A DNA stretch of 64,000 bases from an uncultured Alphaproteobacteria bacterium (GTDB taxonomy: Bacteria > Pseudomonadota > Alphaproteobacteria > HIMB59). The notes beneath the pieces are model-generated. The model did no database searches, was not told the origin of the DNA, and saw only the letters and a list, made by a program, of their open reading frames with translations. Made by a program: the position numbers and the translations under genes. Positions 19,280 to 27,884 of the stretch are shown piece after piece (the first letter of the stretch is position 1; the number at the start of each line of letters is the position of its first letter). The stretch lies in contig CACDXE010000003.1 of NCBI GenBank assembly GCA_902556735.1, positions 83,817-147,816 on the forward strand. The letters run 5' to 3'.

Positions 19280-19975
19280 ATGTCTAAACTACAGTTAATC
19301 TATTTCAATCTTAGAGCTTTGTGTGAGGCTCCAAGGATGATGCTACATACTGCGGGTATCGAATATTCATATGAAATGGCATGGGATTATTTTAAAAAAC
19401 CATGGGTTGATGTCAAAAAAGAGGTGATTTTTCATAAATTACCTTTGCTTGTTATAGATGAGAAAATTGAAATATGGCAAAGCAATACTATCTCAAGATA
19501 TATAGCTAAACTTACAAACAATATCCCCAATAATGAGGAAATGGTAGCATATGCTGACTCTATATTTGAGTCTGCCCATGATTTATTTTTTCCTTTAAAT
19601 CCAACAATAAATGTTTGGGTTGGTGAAATGCACTTAAAGAATAAAAAAAATCTTTTAGATGAAATTTTACCCAAAGCTTTTACAAATTTTGAAAAGTTAC
19701 TAAGTAAATATGAAGGTAATTTTTTTTTAGGAGAAAGAGCATTTTATTGTGACTTTAATGTTTATCATCATGTTTCACTAGCATTGCTATTAGATGATAA
19801 AATTTTAGATAACTTTCCAAAGTTAAAAAAATTTATGAGCGATTTTGAAAAGATTCAAGGTATTTTAGATTATCTGGAGTCAAGACCCAAACTTATTGGA
19901 ATTGGTACTTGGCCAAAAGTAGTAATTGATGGTATAGAATACACATCTGGCACTGATCCCGATTACAAATATTGA
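19280..19975 (+). CDS. glutathione S-transferase family protein
   Basis: LIYFNLRALCEAPR, KLPLL, QSNTISRY, terminal YLESRP. Confidence 0.85.
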   Translation: MSKLQLIYFNLRALCEAPRMMLHTAGIEYSYEMAWDYFKKPWVDVKKEVIFHKLPLLVIDEKIEIWQSNTISRYIAKLTNNIPNNEEMVAYADSIFESAHDLFFPLNPTINVWVGEMHLKNKKNLLDEILPKAFTNFEKLLSKYEGNFFLGERAFYCDFNVYHHVSLALLLDDKILDNFPKLKKFMSDFEKIQGILDYLESRPKLIGIGTWPKVVIDGIEYTSGTDPDYKY

Positions 19976-20928
19976 TTAAAATATTAATAATTGGTGCTGG
20001 TGCATGGGGGACTACTTTAACCCACATACTAGCTAAAAATAATAGTAATGTGTTTATATGGTCAAGAAATAAAAATATTTCAAAAGAAATAAATCTTAAA
20101 AAAACAAATTCGAAATATTTTCCAAAAAAAAAACTATCAAAAAATATAAGATCTATTTATGGAAATTTTTCTACTGATAAATTTGATTATATATTTTATG
20201 TATTACCAGCAGGTGTATTTACAACATTTTCAAAAAAATATTTATTAGGTAAAAAAATTTCTAATTTAATTTTATGTTCAAAAGGAGTAACAAGTGACGG
20301 TAAATTTTTATCTGATGTGGCAGAGAAAAATTTAAATATAAATAATTTGTTTTATCTATCAGGTCCTAGTTTTGCTGATGAAGTAATAAATGGTAAAATG
20401 ACAGCTTTAAGTATGGCTAGTTTGAATAAATCTAAAAAAATTGGTAGTCTCTTTAAAGGTTCAAATATTAGAATATATTTTTCAAAGAATTTAAAATCAC
20501 TTGAATACCTCTCAATTTATAAAAATGCGTATGCTATAGGAGCTGGCATTATAGACTCAATTAAATTAGGAAATAACGCTAAGGCTGCATATATAACAAG
20601 ATGTATTTCTGAAATAAAAAAATCGATGAAATATCTAAAATTAGAGACAAGTTCAATCAATAGTCTTGGGGGTTTGGGAGATATAATATTATCTTGTAAC
20701 TCTTCAAAATCTAGAAATTACTCATATGGATATAATTTAATCAATAAAAGGAATTCTAAAACCAAAAAAACAATCGAAGGTTTAAACACTTGCTTATCGC
20801 TTAGTAAAAGTAAAAAAATAATAGTAAATAATCAGCCGATTTTAAATTCAATTATAAATATAATTAATGGAAGTTCTCCTAATAAAGAAATAGAAAAACT
20901 ATTCACTAGAAATTTCAAATCTGAATAG
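19972..20928 (+). CDS. gpsA: NAD(P)H-dependent glycerol-3-phosphate dehydrogenase
   Basis: GAGAWGT, SKG, LSGPSFA, KNAYAIGAG, GLGDIILSC, SRNY. Confidence 0.92.
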   Translation: MIKILIIGAGAWGTTLTHILAKNNSNVFIWSRNKNISKEINLKKTNSKYFPKKKLSKNIRSIYGNFSTDKFDYIFYVLPAGVFTTFSKKYLLGKKISNLILCSKGVTSDGKFLSDVAEKNLNINNLFYLSGPSFADEVINGKMTALSMASLNKSKKIGSLFKGSNIRIYFSKNLKSLEYLSIYKNAYAIGAGIIDSIKLGNNAKAAYITRCISEIKKSMKYLKLETSSINSLGGLGDIILSCNSSKSRNYSYGYNLINKRNSKTKKTIEGLNTCLSLSKSKKIIVNNQPILNSIINIINGSSPNKEIEKLFTRNFKSE

Positions 20929-20992
20929 TTTTCATAAAGTTTAGAATATTTAGTAGGAAACTAATATATAAAAATATATAAAATTTATTAAT

Positions 20993-21066
20993 GGCCCGCT
21001 GGCAGATTGGTTATGCAGAGGACTGCAAATCCTTGTAGCTCGGTTCGATTCCGGGGTGGGCCTCCA
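20993..21066 (+). tRNA. tRNA-Cys(GCA)
   Basis: GGCCCGC acceptor pairs with GTGGGCC; anticodon arm GAGGA-CT-GCA-AA-TCCTT; GGTTCGATTCC T-arm; encoded CCA. Confidence 0.97.
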
Positions 21067-21825
21067 CTACTTCATTTCATCAATTATTTTTTTTAAGGTT
21101 CTTGATGTAAGATCTAGAATTCTTTTTCCTTTATCTGCAGTGGATTTTGTAGGATTGCCAATTATACCTGTCTTGGACAAATCTTTTGTATTCCAAGCTC
21201 TTTTAATTGTTCTTTCATAAGAAATTATTTTTTTAGATTTAAAGTCAGATGAGAGTTTGTTTCTTTTAATTTTATTTAATTTTATCAACTCTGGATAAAG
21301 GTGGAGCATTATTGATGTTTCAAATTCACCTCCATGATATCCATAAAGTAATTCCTTTTTTGGAATAATTTTTTCAAAACCTTTAAATAGAAAATAATGT
21401 GCCTTAACAATATCGACAGCTTTATATCTACTTTTAATTTCTTTAGCAGCTATATCTAAGTGACTAATTTGTCCGCCATGACTATTTAAAAAGATAAATT
21501 TTTTATATCTACGAATACATAACTCACCAACTATGCTGATAATATAATCAATATAATTTGTAGAGTTCGAAGATAGAGTGCCCTCAAAGCTATTATGCTC
21601 ACTCGCTGAACCTATAGAGATATTTGGTAGAATTAAATATTTATTAAGTTTGGGATATTTCTTAATAAAAGTATTTAAAATTCCATCTAATATTAATTTA
21701 TCAGTACCTGATGGAAGGTGTTCTCCATGTTGTTCTACAGATGAAAATGGGAGAATAAGTATTTTATTTTTACCTAATTTACTAATGTCTGCTGATGTTA
21801 AATCGGACCAAAACTTTGATAGCAT
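21067..21825 (-). CDS. creatininase family amidohydrolase (ArfB/MftE-like)
   Basis: EQHGEHLPSGTD, SEH, NSHGG, HGGEFETS. Confidence 0.9.
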   Translation of the reverse strand: MLSKFWSDLTSADISKLGKNKILILPFSSVEQHGEHLPSGTDKLILDGILNTFIKKYPKLNKYLILPNISIGSASEHNSFEGTLSSNSTNYIDYIISIVGELCIRRYKKFIFLNSHGGQISHLDIAAKEIKSRYKAVDIVKAHYFLFKGFEKIIPKKELLYGYHGGEFETSIMLHLYPELIKLNKIKRNKLSSDFKSKKIISYERTIKRAWNTKDLSKTGIIGNPTKSTADKGKRILDLTSRTLKKIIDEMK

Positions 21826-21854
21826 AAGTGATATTTAACATTTATATAATTATT

Positions 21855-22817
21855 ATGGAAACTTATTCTCTATGGCTTAAGAATGAAAATAAACCAATTA
21901 TTAAGAAAAAAATACTAAGCTATAAAAAAAATTCTAAAACTGTTCTTGTAAAAACTCTTTATTCAGGAATTAGTAAGGGCACTGAGAGATTAGTAGCATC
22001 TGGTAATATTAGCAAAGATCAGTTCGATATAATGAAATCTCCTTTTCAAGAGGGATCTTTTTCTTTTCCAATTAAATACGGTTACATTAATGTTGGTAAA
22101 ATAGTTGAGGGCCCAAAAAAATATTTAAATAAAAATACATTCTGCCTTTACCCCCATCAGTCACTATTTAAGATTGATATAAATAATGTGAATATTTTAA
22201 AAGGTAATGATGATATTCGAAAATATTTACTAACAGCAAATATGGAAACAGCTATTAATATCTTTTGGGATACTCAAGCAAAATTAAATAACAAAATATT
22301 GATAATAGGGATGGGCTCTGTTGGTATTTTAACTGCCTACTATTATAAATTACTAAAATTTAAAAATGTCTTTATTACTGACATAAATATTAAAAAGAAG
22401 AAATTTGCAAATATTTTAGGACTAAAATTTATTAATTTTAAAAAAATTAAAGACTTAGATGTTATAATTAATACAACATCTAATTATGATGTATTAAACC
22501 AATCACTAAAAAAATTAAATTTAGAGGGAAAATTTATTGAGGCTAGTTGGTATGGAAATAGAAAAGGTCATATAAATTTAGGAGGTAATTTTCACTCAAA
22601 GAGATTAAAAATTATTGGTTCTCAAGTTTCAAATATTCCAAAGTATTTATCAAAAAAATATGATTATAAAAAGAGATTGAATTTAGCAATTAATGCTTTA
22701 TCTAATAACCAGCTTCTTAAATTAATAAACACAGAAAGTGACTTTCAGGACTTAGAGAAAGATTATATTTCAATATTAAATAATCCAGAAAGCATAATGC
22801 ATGCTATAAAGTATTAA
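21855..22817 (+). CDS. medium-chain (Zn-binding ADH-like) dehydrogenase
   Basis: LYSGISKGTE, KYGYINVG, METAIN, GMGSVG, SWYG, FHSKRL..SQV. ATG 21855 preferred over GTG 21828. Confidence 0.85.
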   Translation: METYSLWLKNENKPIIKKKILSYKKNSKTVLVKTLYSGISKGTERLVASGNISKDQFDIMKSPFQEGSFSFPIKYGYINVGKIVEGPKKYLNKNTFCLYPHQSLFKIDINNVNILKGNDDIRKYLLTANMETAINIFWDTQAKLNNKILIIGMGSVGILTAYYYKLLKFKNVFITDINIKKKKFANILGLKFINFKKIKDLDVIINTTSNYDVLNQSLKKLNLEGKFIEASWYGNRKGHINLGGNFHSKRLKIIGSQVSNIPKYLSKKYDYKKRLNLAINALSNNQLLKLINTESDFQDLEKDYISILNNPESIMHAIKY

Positions 22818-22818
22818 A

Positions 22819-23226
22819 ATGTATTCAATTACTGTTCGAAATAATATTTTAATTGCACATTCTCTCCCGGGTGAGGTTTTTGGACCAGCACAGAATATGC
22901 ATGGAGCGACCTACATAGTTGATGCAGAGTTTTATGCAAAAGAGATTAACAAATATAACATTATTATGGATCTCGGGGTTGTAACAGAAATTCTCTCTGA
23001 TGTATTAAAATTTTATAGTTATAAAAATTTAGACGAAGTTGAAGAATTTAAAAATATTATTACCTCTACGGAATTTCTTGCTAAAGATATTTTTGACAGA
23101 ATATGCGATAAATTACAAAAAGATTACATAGAAGATTTTAACAAGTTGCATAAAATTAAAATTATTTTAACTGAGTCAAATGTAGCTTGGGCTTCTTATG
23201 AACAAGAGATCAGTAATACACAATAA
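22819..23226 (+). CDS. 6-pyruvoyl-tetrahydropterin synthase family protein (COG0720, PTPS-IV-like)
   Basis: AHSLPGEVFGPAQNMHGATY, NLDE, TEFLA, LTES..AWA. It lacks the QueD Cys/HGH signature. Confidence 0.88.
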   Translation: MYSITVRNNILIAHSLPGEVFGPAQNMHGATYIVDAEFYAKEINKYNIIMDLGVVTEILSDVLKFYSYKNLDEVEEFKNIITSTEFLAKDIFDRICDKLQKDYIEDFNKLHKIKIILTESNVAWASYEQEISNTQ

Positions 23227-24241
23227 ATCTTATTATTTTATTTATCCGGGTGATATTAATACAAAAACAGGTGGTTACATTTATGAAAAAAATATATTAA
23301 AAAGAGCAAAAAAAATTAAATTCAATTTAAATGCTATCAAACTTGCTAACAGCTTTCCCTTTCCTAAAGAAAATGACTTAAAAAATCTAAAAAAAACTTT
23401 AGAAAAATTACCTGATAATGCGGTACTAATTTTTGATGGATTAGTTTTTGAGTGTATTGATAGTATAATAAACTATCTAGATAGATTTGTAGTAATAGCT
23501 CTTATACACCACCCTCTTTATCTAGAATTTAATGGTAATCAAAGTCAATTTTTTCTTAAGAACGCTAAAAAATTATATAAGAAAACGAAAAAAATAATTG
23601 TCACTTCAAATGATACAAAACAACTAATTTTTGAAAAATTTAAAATTAATAAGCGTAAAATTCAAGTTGTAGAGCCTGGAATAGAAAAATTAAGAAAATA
23701 TAAATATAAAAGGGATAAAAATATAAATTTACTATCTGTGGGAAGTATTATTGAGAGAAAAAATTATCATTATCTGTTAAACGAATTAAGATACATGGAT
23801 AAAATAAAATTAAATATTGTAGGAGATATAACTAGAGAGAGTAAATACTATAATAGATTACTAAAAATTATAAATAATTATAGATTAAGTAAAAAAGTTA
23901 AGTTTCATAGTAATGTATCGACTAATTTACTATCAAAACTATATTCTAAGTGTGACTTCTATGTCTCAGTAAGTAAATATGAAGGTTTTGGCATGTCACT
24001 TGCTAATGCCCTTCAACTCAAAAAAATGATTATTACATATAAAACTAAAACAATTATGAGTACTCTAAGAAGAGATGGAATTATCTACTTAAATAATTTT
24101 AAAGAAAAAAGTTTATCAAAATTAATTACTAAAAATGCATTTAATTCAGATTTATCAAAAAAATTAACACAAAATAAGAGAAAATTTTTAACACCAACAC
24201 AATCTGGGGATCTTTTTATCAAGATAATAAAAAATGCATAA
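23198..24241 (+). CDS. glycosyltransferase family 4
   Basis: TGGYIY, DGL, LIHHPL, VGSIIERK, YEGFGMSL. Confidence 0.85.
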   Translation: MNKRSVIHNKSYYFIYPGDINTKTGGYIYEKNILKRAKKIKFNLNAIKLANSFPFPKENDLKNLKKTLEKLPDNAVLIFDGLVFECIDSIINYLDRFVVIALIHHPLYLEFNGNQSQFFLKNAKKLYKKTKKIIVTSNDTKQLIFEKFKINKRKIQVVEPGIEKLRKYKYKRDKNINLLSVGSIIERKNYHYLLNELRYMDKIKLNIVGDITRESKYYNRLLKIINNYRLSKKVKFHSNVSTNLLSKLYSKCDFYVSVSKYEGFGMSLANALQLKKMIITYKTKTIMSTLRRDGIIYLNNFKEKSLSKLITKNAFNSDLSKKLTQNKRKFLTPTQSGDLFIKIIKNA

Positions 24242-25022
24242 ATTTAATAATGATTGGCTATTTCTTCGAGAGAAAATTGATAAAGTTTCAAGAAATAAAA
24301 AAATTATAGAAAAAATTAATAAATATTTTCAAGACTACAAAACATTGTCTATTGCTGATTTAGGTTGTGGAACAGGTTCCAACTATAGATATTTGTACCC
24401 CAAACTTAAAAAAAGACAATCATGGGATATGATAGACATATCATTTGAGTCAATTAAAGAATTTAAGAAAAAAACAAATAATAAGAATAAGATTATAAAT
24501 ATAAATTATAAAAAATTTGATTTAATCAAAAATATAAAAAGTTTTAAATTCGAAAAATACGATATTATTACAGGATCTGCGTATTTAGATATAATGCCAA
24601 AAAATTGGTATTCAGAATTTAAAAAACAAAATCTAAATACAAAAGTTATATATTTTTCAATTAATTATGATGGATTTTTTAAATTTTTACCAAAACATAA
24701 AAATGACCAATACGTTTTAAGTTTATTTAATAAAGATCAGGAGTCAGATAAAGGTATTGGGCAAAAAGCAGTTGGTAAAAACTGTAGTCAAATAATTAAT
24801 AAATTGTTTTCTAAGTCACATAAAACATTTGTTTTTGACTCGAGTTGGAATGTATCAAAGAATAAAAAATTTCAAAATATGTTTTTAGATTTTTGTGAAA
24901 ATGTACTTGAAAAAAATAAGATATCATTAGATAGATGGTTAGATTTTAGAAGGGAAAATGTTAAAAAAAATAAATCAAAATTATTTCTAAGAAATAAAGA
25001 TTTTTTAGCTTTAAAACTCTAA
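24234..25022 (+). CDS. class I SAM-dependent methyltransferase-like protein
   Basis: WLFLRE N-terminus, DLGCGTGSN, GSAYLD, NYDG. Confidence 0.8.
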   Translation: MHKFNNDWLFLREKIDKVSRNKKIIEKINKYFQDYKTLSIADLGCGTGSNYRYLYPKLKKRQSWDMIDISFESIKEFKKKTNNKNKIININYKKFDLIKNIKSFKFEKYDIITGSAYLDIMPKNWYSEFKKQNLNTKVIYFSINYDGFFKFLPKHKNDQYVLSLFNKDQESDKGIGQKAVGKNCSQIINKLFSKSHKTFVFDSSWNVSKNKKFQNMFLDFCENVLEKNKISLDRWLDFRRENVKKNKSKLFLRNKDFLALKL

Positions 25023-25841
25023 ACTTACTATTATTTCTTCACCAAATTTATAAATTTTATTTTTTGTTCTAATTACTTTTTTTAAATTTGTTATAGGTTT
25101 TATATTTATAGAATTAATACCAGAACCAATTATTGTAGGTGCTATTATAAATTGCATAATATCTAATAATTTATTCTCAAGAAATTTAGATATAGTTTTA
25201 GAACCACCTTCTACTAATACGAACTTAAAACCTAAATTATTTATATGTTTGTGTATAAGATTTGTGAAGTTTCTTTCAGGTAATTTATAAATTTGTGTAT
25301 TTTTTAAATTCTTTTTAATATTAGAGTGTGTAAATATGATATTTGAAAAACCATCTTTAAATATTTGATAGTTATTTGTTAATTTTAGAGACGGATCTAT
25401 AATTATCCTCTGAGGATTTGAGCCCTTAATTGCTCTTGTAGTGAGCAAGGGATTATCTTTTTTTATTGTATTTACACCAACTATAACTGCATCACACACT
25501 GAACGAAGACTATGAAGGTATGAAATACTATTTTTATCATTAATGTAATGAGAATTGCCGTTTAAAAGTGCAATTTTACCGTCTAAGCTTTGCCCAATTT
25601 GACCGATATAGAATTTTTTTTTTATCATCAATATTGGTAACAAAATTTGTGCTATTTCATTTATTTTTTTTTCAATCTTACAATTAAAATTAACGCCATT
25701 TTTATCAATTAAAATATGATTGGTTTTAGAATGTTGACTAAGTACAAACGATTTGTTAATTAAATCAATTCTTAAGATATTTGATTTTTTTTGTTTTTTT
25801 ACAAATTCAAATAGTGAAGAAATATTATGCTTTGTTATCAT
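25011..25841 (-). CDS. RibD C-terminal reductase domain protein (no deaminase domain)
   Basis: GQSLDGKIA, DAVIVGVNT..DNPLLT, VEGGSKT, IAPTIIGSG. Confidence 0.87.
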   Translation of the reverse strand: MITKHNISSLFEFVKKQKKSNILRIDLINKSFVLSQHSKTNHILIDKNGVNFNCKIEKKINEIAQILLPILMIKKKFYIGQIGQSLDGKIALLNGNSHYINDKNSISYLHSLRSVCDAVIVGVNTIKKDNPLLTTRAIKGSNPQRIIIDPSLKLTNNYQIFKDGFSNIIFTHSNIKKNLKNTQIYKLPERNFTNLIHKHINNLGFKFVLVEGGSKTISKFLENKLLDIMQFIIAPTIIGSGINSINIKPITNLKKVIRTKNKIYKFGEEIIVSLEF

Positions 25842-25882
25842 TTTTCATCTGTATCAAGTACTATTGAGTATATATATAGTCT

Positions 25883-27001
25883 ATGAGTTTAAAATCAAAT
25901 TTTGGCACATTTATTGATAGAGCTATCAATGAGCTTAGAACCGGAAGACCAATAGTTATTAAAGAAAATAAAAATTATTGGATGTTCTTTAATATTGAAC
26001 ATTCGGACAATAAAATTCTAAATCAATTCAATCAATACCTACAAAAAGACAAATATCTTTTAATCACAAAACAAAAAGCAAAATCAATATTTGAAAATAA
26101 ATTATCAACAAATATTTATTTAAAAATAAATAAAAAAATATCAAACAAATCTTTATTAAGTTTATTCATTAACCCTTTATCTGATCAAAATAAAATATTA
26201 TTTAAAGATGAGCCTTATATCAAAAGTAAAGAGTTCCATAATGTCTGTTTAGATATAGCCAAAAATGCGAAGGTAATACCATCACTTGTATTTAAAAAAA
26301 TTAATTCTAAATACTATAAAAATATTGATAATCTAATATTACAACTTGGTCTATTAAGATTTAACCATAAAGAGTTAAAAAATCAGAATAAATTTATAAC
26401 TAATAGTATCAGATTAGTTTCAAGTGCAAATGTGCCCTTACCAAATGTTGCATCTACTACATTTAATATTTTTAAGTCATATATTGGTGCTAGAAGACAT
26501 ATCGCGATCATAATTAAACCAAAAAATTTAAAACAACCAACAAACCTTAGAATTCACTCAGCTTGTTTTACTGGGGATATATTTCACTCTAGAAAATGCG
26601 ATTGCGGAGAACAATTAAATAATTCTTTAAACTATATGGTAAAAAATAAAGGGGGTATTATCCTTTATTTAGATCAAGAAGGGAGAGGTATAGGACTAGC
26701 CAATAAAATGAGGGCATATTCTCTTCAGTCAAGAGGCTTGGATACTATTGATGCTGATCACAACATAGGTTTTTTAGATGATGAAAGAGATTTTAATATT
26801 GCCGCTAAGATACTTAAGTTATTAAAAGTAAATAAAGTCAATATTATCACAAATAATTTTACAAAAGTCTCTTCTCTTAAAAAAGCTGGTATTAAAATTG
26901 CCAAGCAGATAAATACAAAGCCTACAATTAACAAATTTAATAAGAATTATTTTAAAACAAGAGTAAAAAAAACAGGTTACGGTTTCAAAAATTTAGACTA
27001 A
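25883..27001 (+). CDS. ribA: GTP cyclohydrolase II with a degenerate RibB-like N-terminal domain
   Basis: RIHSACFTGDIFHSRKCDCGEQL, QEGRGIGL, DERD. The N-terminus RAINELRTGRPIV resembles RibB but has no catalytic residues. Confidence 0.88.
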   Translation: MSLKSNFGTFIDRAINELRTGRPIVIKENKNYWMFFNIEHSDNKILNQFNQYLQKDKYLLITKQKAKSIFENKLSTNIYLKINKKISNKSLLSLFINPLSDQNKILFKDEPYIKSKEFHNVCLDIAKNAKVIPSLVFKKINSKYYKNIDNLILQLGLLRFNHKELKNQNKFITNSIRLVSSANVPLPNVASTTFNIFKSYIGARRHIAIIIKPKNLKQPTNLRIHSACFTGDIFHSRKCDCGEQLNNSLNYMVKNKGGIILYLDQEGRGIGLANKMRAYSLQSRGLDTIDADHNIGFLDDERDFNIAAKILKLLKVNKVNIITNNFTKVSSLKKAGIKIAKQINTKPTINKFNKNYFKTRVKKTGYGFKNLD

Positions 27002-27005
27002 AAAT

Positions 27006-27245
27006 TTAGTCAAAGTCTCCTCGTTCTAATCTATCTTCGTATTCATTTGAGGACTCGGAAATAGTGCTAAGCTGTTTTTTGGTCATAATTTTTAGAGTTT
27101 TTTTTATAGCAAGTTGGTAAGTATGTAACTTTTCAACAATATTTCTTTCGCTGGTGTTTCTCATCATTTGACTTAGGGCTCTATTTAGTTCAGTAAGTCT
27201 GCCTAACAACGTATTATCGTCATCATTATCATCATCGTAATACAT
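27006..27245 (-). CDS. hypothetical protein
   Basis: 79-aa ORF with an acidic N-terminus (MYYDDDNDDDN) and helical character. Confidence 0.6.
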   Translation of the reverse strand: MYYDDDNDDDNTLLGRLTELNRALSQMMRNTSERNIVEKLHTYQLAIKKTLKIMTKKQLSTISESSNEYEDRLERGDFD

Positions 27246-27308
27246 TAATCAATATTATAATAATTCTGAGGATCATAAATAAAATAATTAAATAAATAAC
27301 TTAATAAT

Positions 27309-27410
27309 TTATTTTTTTTTTCTATAAAATAATAATCCAATTATAATTATCCCAATACCTATAATCATTAGAAGTTCACCTGCATTCCAAAACCATATTA
27401 AGAATTCCAT
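27309..27410 (-). CDS. 33-aa small membrane protein
   Basis: Translated by hand: MEFLIWFWNAGELLMIIGIGIIIIGLLFYRKKK*. Starts 4 nt after the CMD gene stop. Confidence 0.6.
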   Translation of the reverse strand: MEFLIWFWNAGELLMIIGIGIIIIGLLFYRKKK

Positions 27411-27414
27411 TGAG

Positions 27415-27822
27415 TTATTTTTCTATGTCTTCATCAAATATTTCATCTACCGGCACTTGTATACTATTGGCAAGTTGATTTGTTTTTGCTGCAAGAGCTA
27501 CAATATTTAGAAATTCTGAATATTCGTCTTCAGTCATCCCAAGTTTTTTTGCTGCAGCTGTGTGTGAGTGTGTGCAATACGAGCAATTATTTGTTATAGA
27601 GACTGCCATATAAATCATTTCTTTAGTTTTATTTGAAATTATGGTTTGTTTAACCATTAAATCTTTAACATCACTCCAAACATTTTTTAGTAATTGAGGG
27701 TCGAATGATAAATATTTCCAAAAATTACCTATATAAGTTGTGTTTCTTGATTGTTTAATATCTTCATAGACTTCCTTTATAATTGGATGATTACCATCAT
27801 CAGTTCTTTTAATTGTGCTCAC
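27415..27822 (-). CDS. carboxymuconolactone decarboxylase / AhpD family protein
   Basis: KEMIYMAVSITNNCSYCTHSHT (CxxC...H). Confidence 0.88.
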   Translation of the reverse strand: MSTIKRTDDGNHPIIKEVYEDIKQSRNTTYIGNFWKYLSFDPQLLKNVWSDVKDLMVKQTIISNKTKEMIYMAVSITNNCSYCTHSHTAAAKKLGMTEDEYSEFLNIVALAAKTNQLANSIQVPVDEIFDEDIEK

Positions 27823-27884
27823 CAGTGGTACCTTTCTTTATTATAATTGATATATAGTCATTAAATCATAATATCCCTCTAGTT

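Noticed and set aside
25842-25882. FMN riboswitch upstream of ribA/ribD
   Set aside because: The spacer is 41 bp and has no RFN consensus.
20993-27001. Integrative island at tRNA-Cys
   Set aside because: The cluster abuts the tRNA 3' end and looks more AT-rich, but I found no integrase and no repeat of the tRNA 3' end (attR) in the window.
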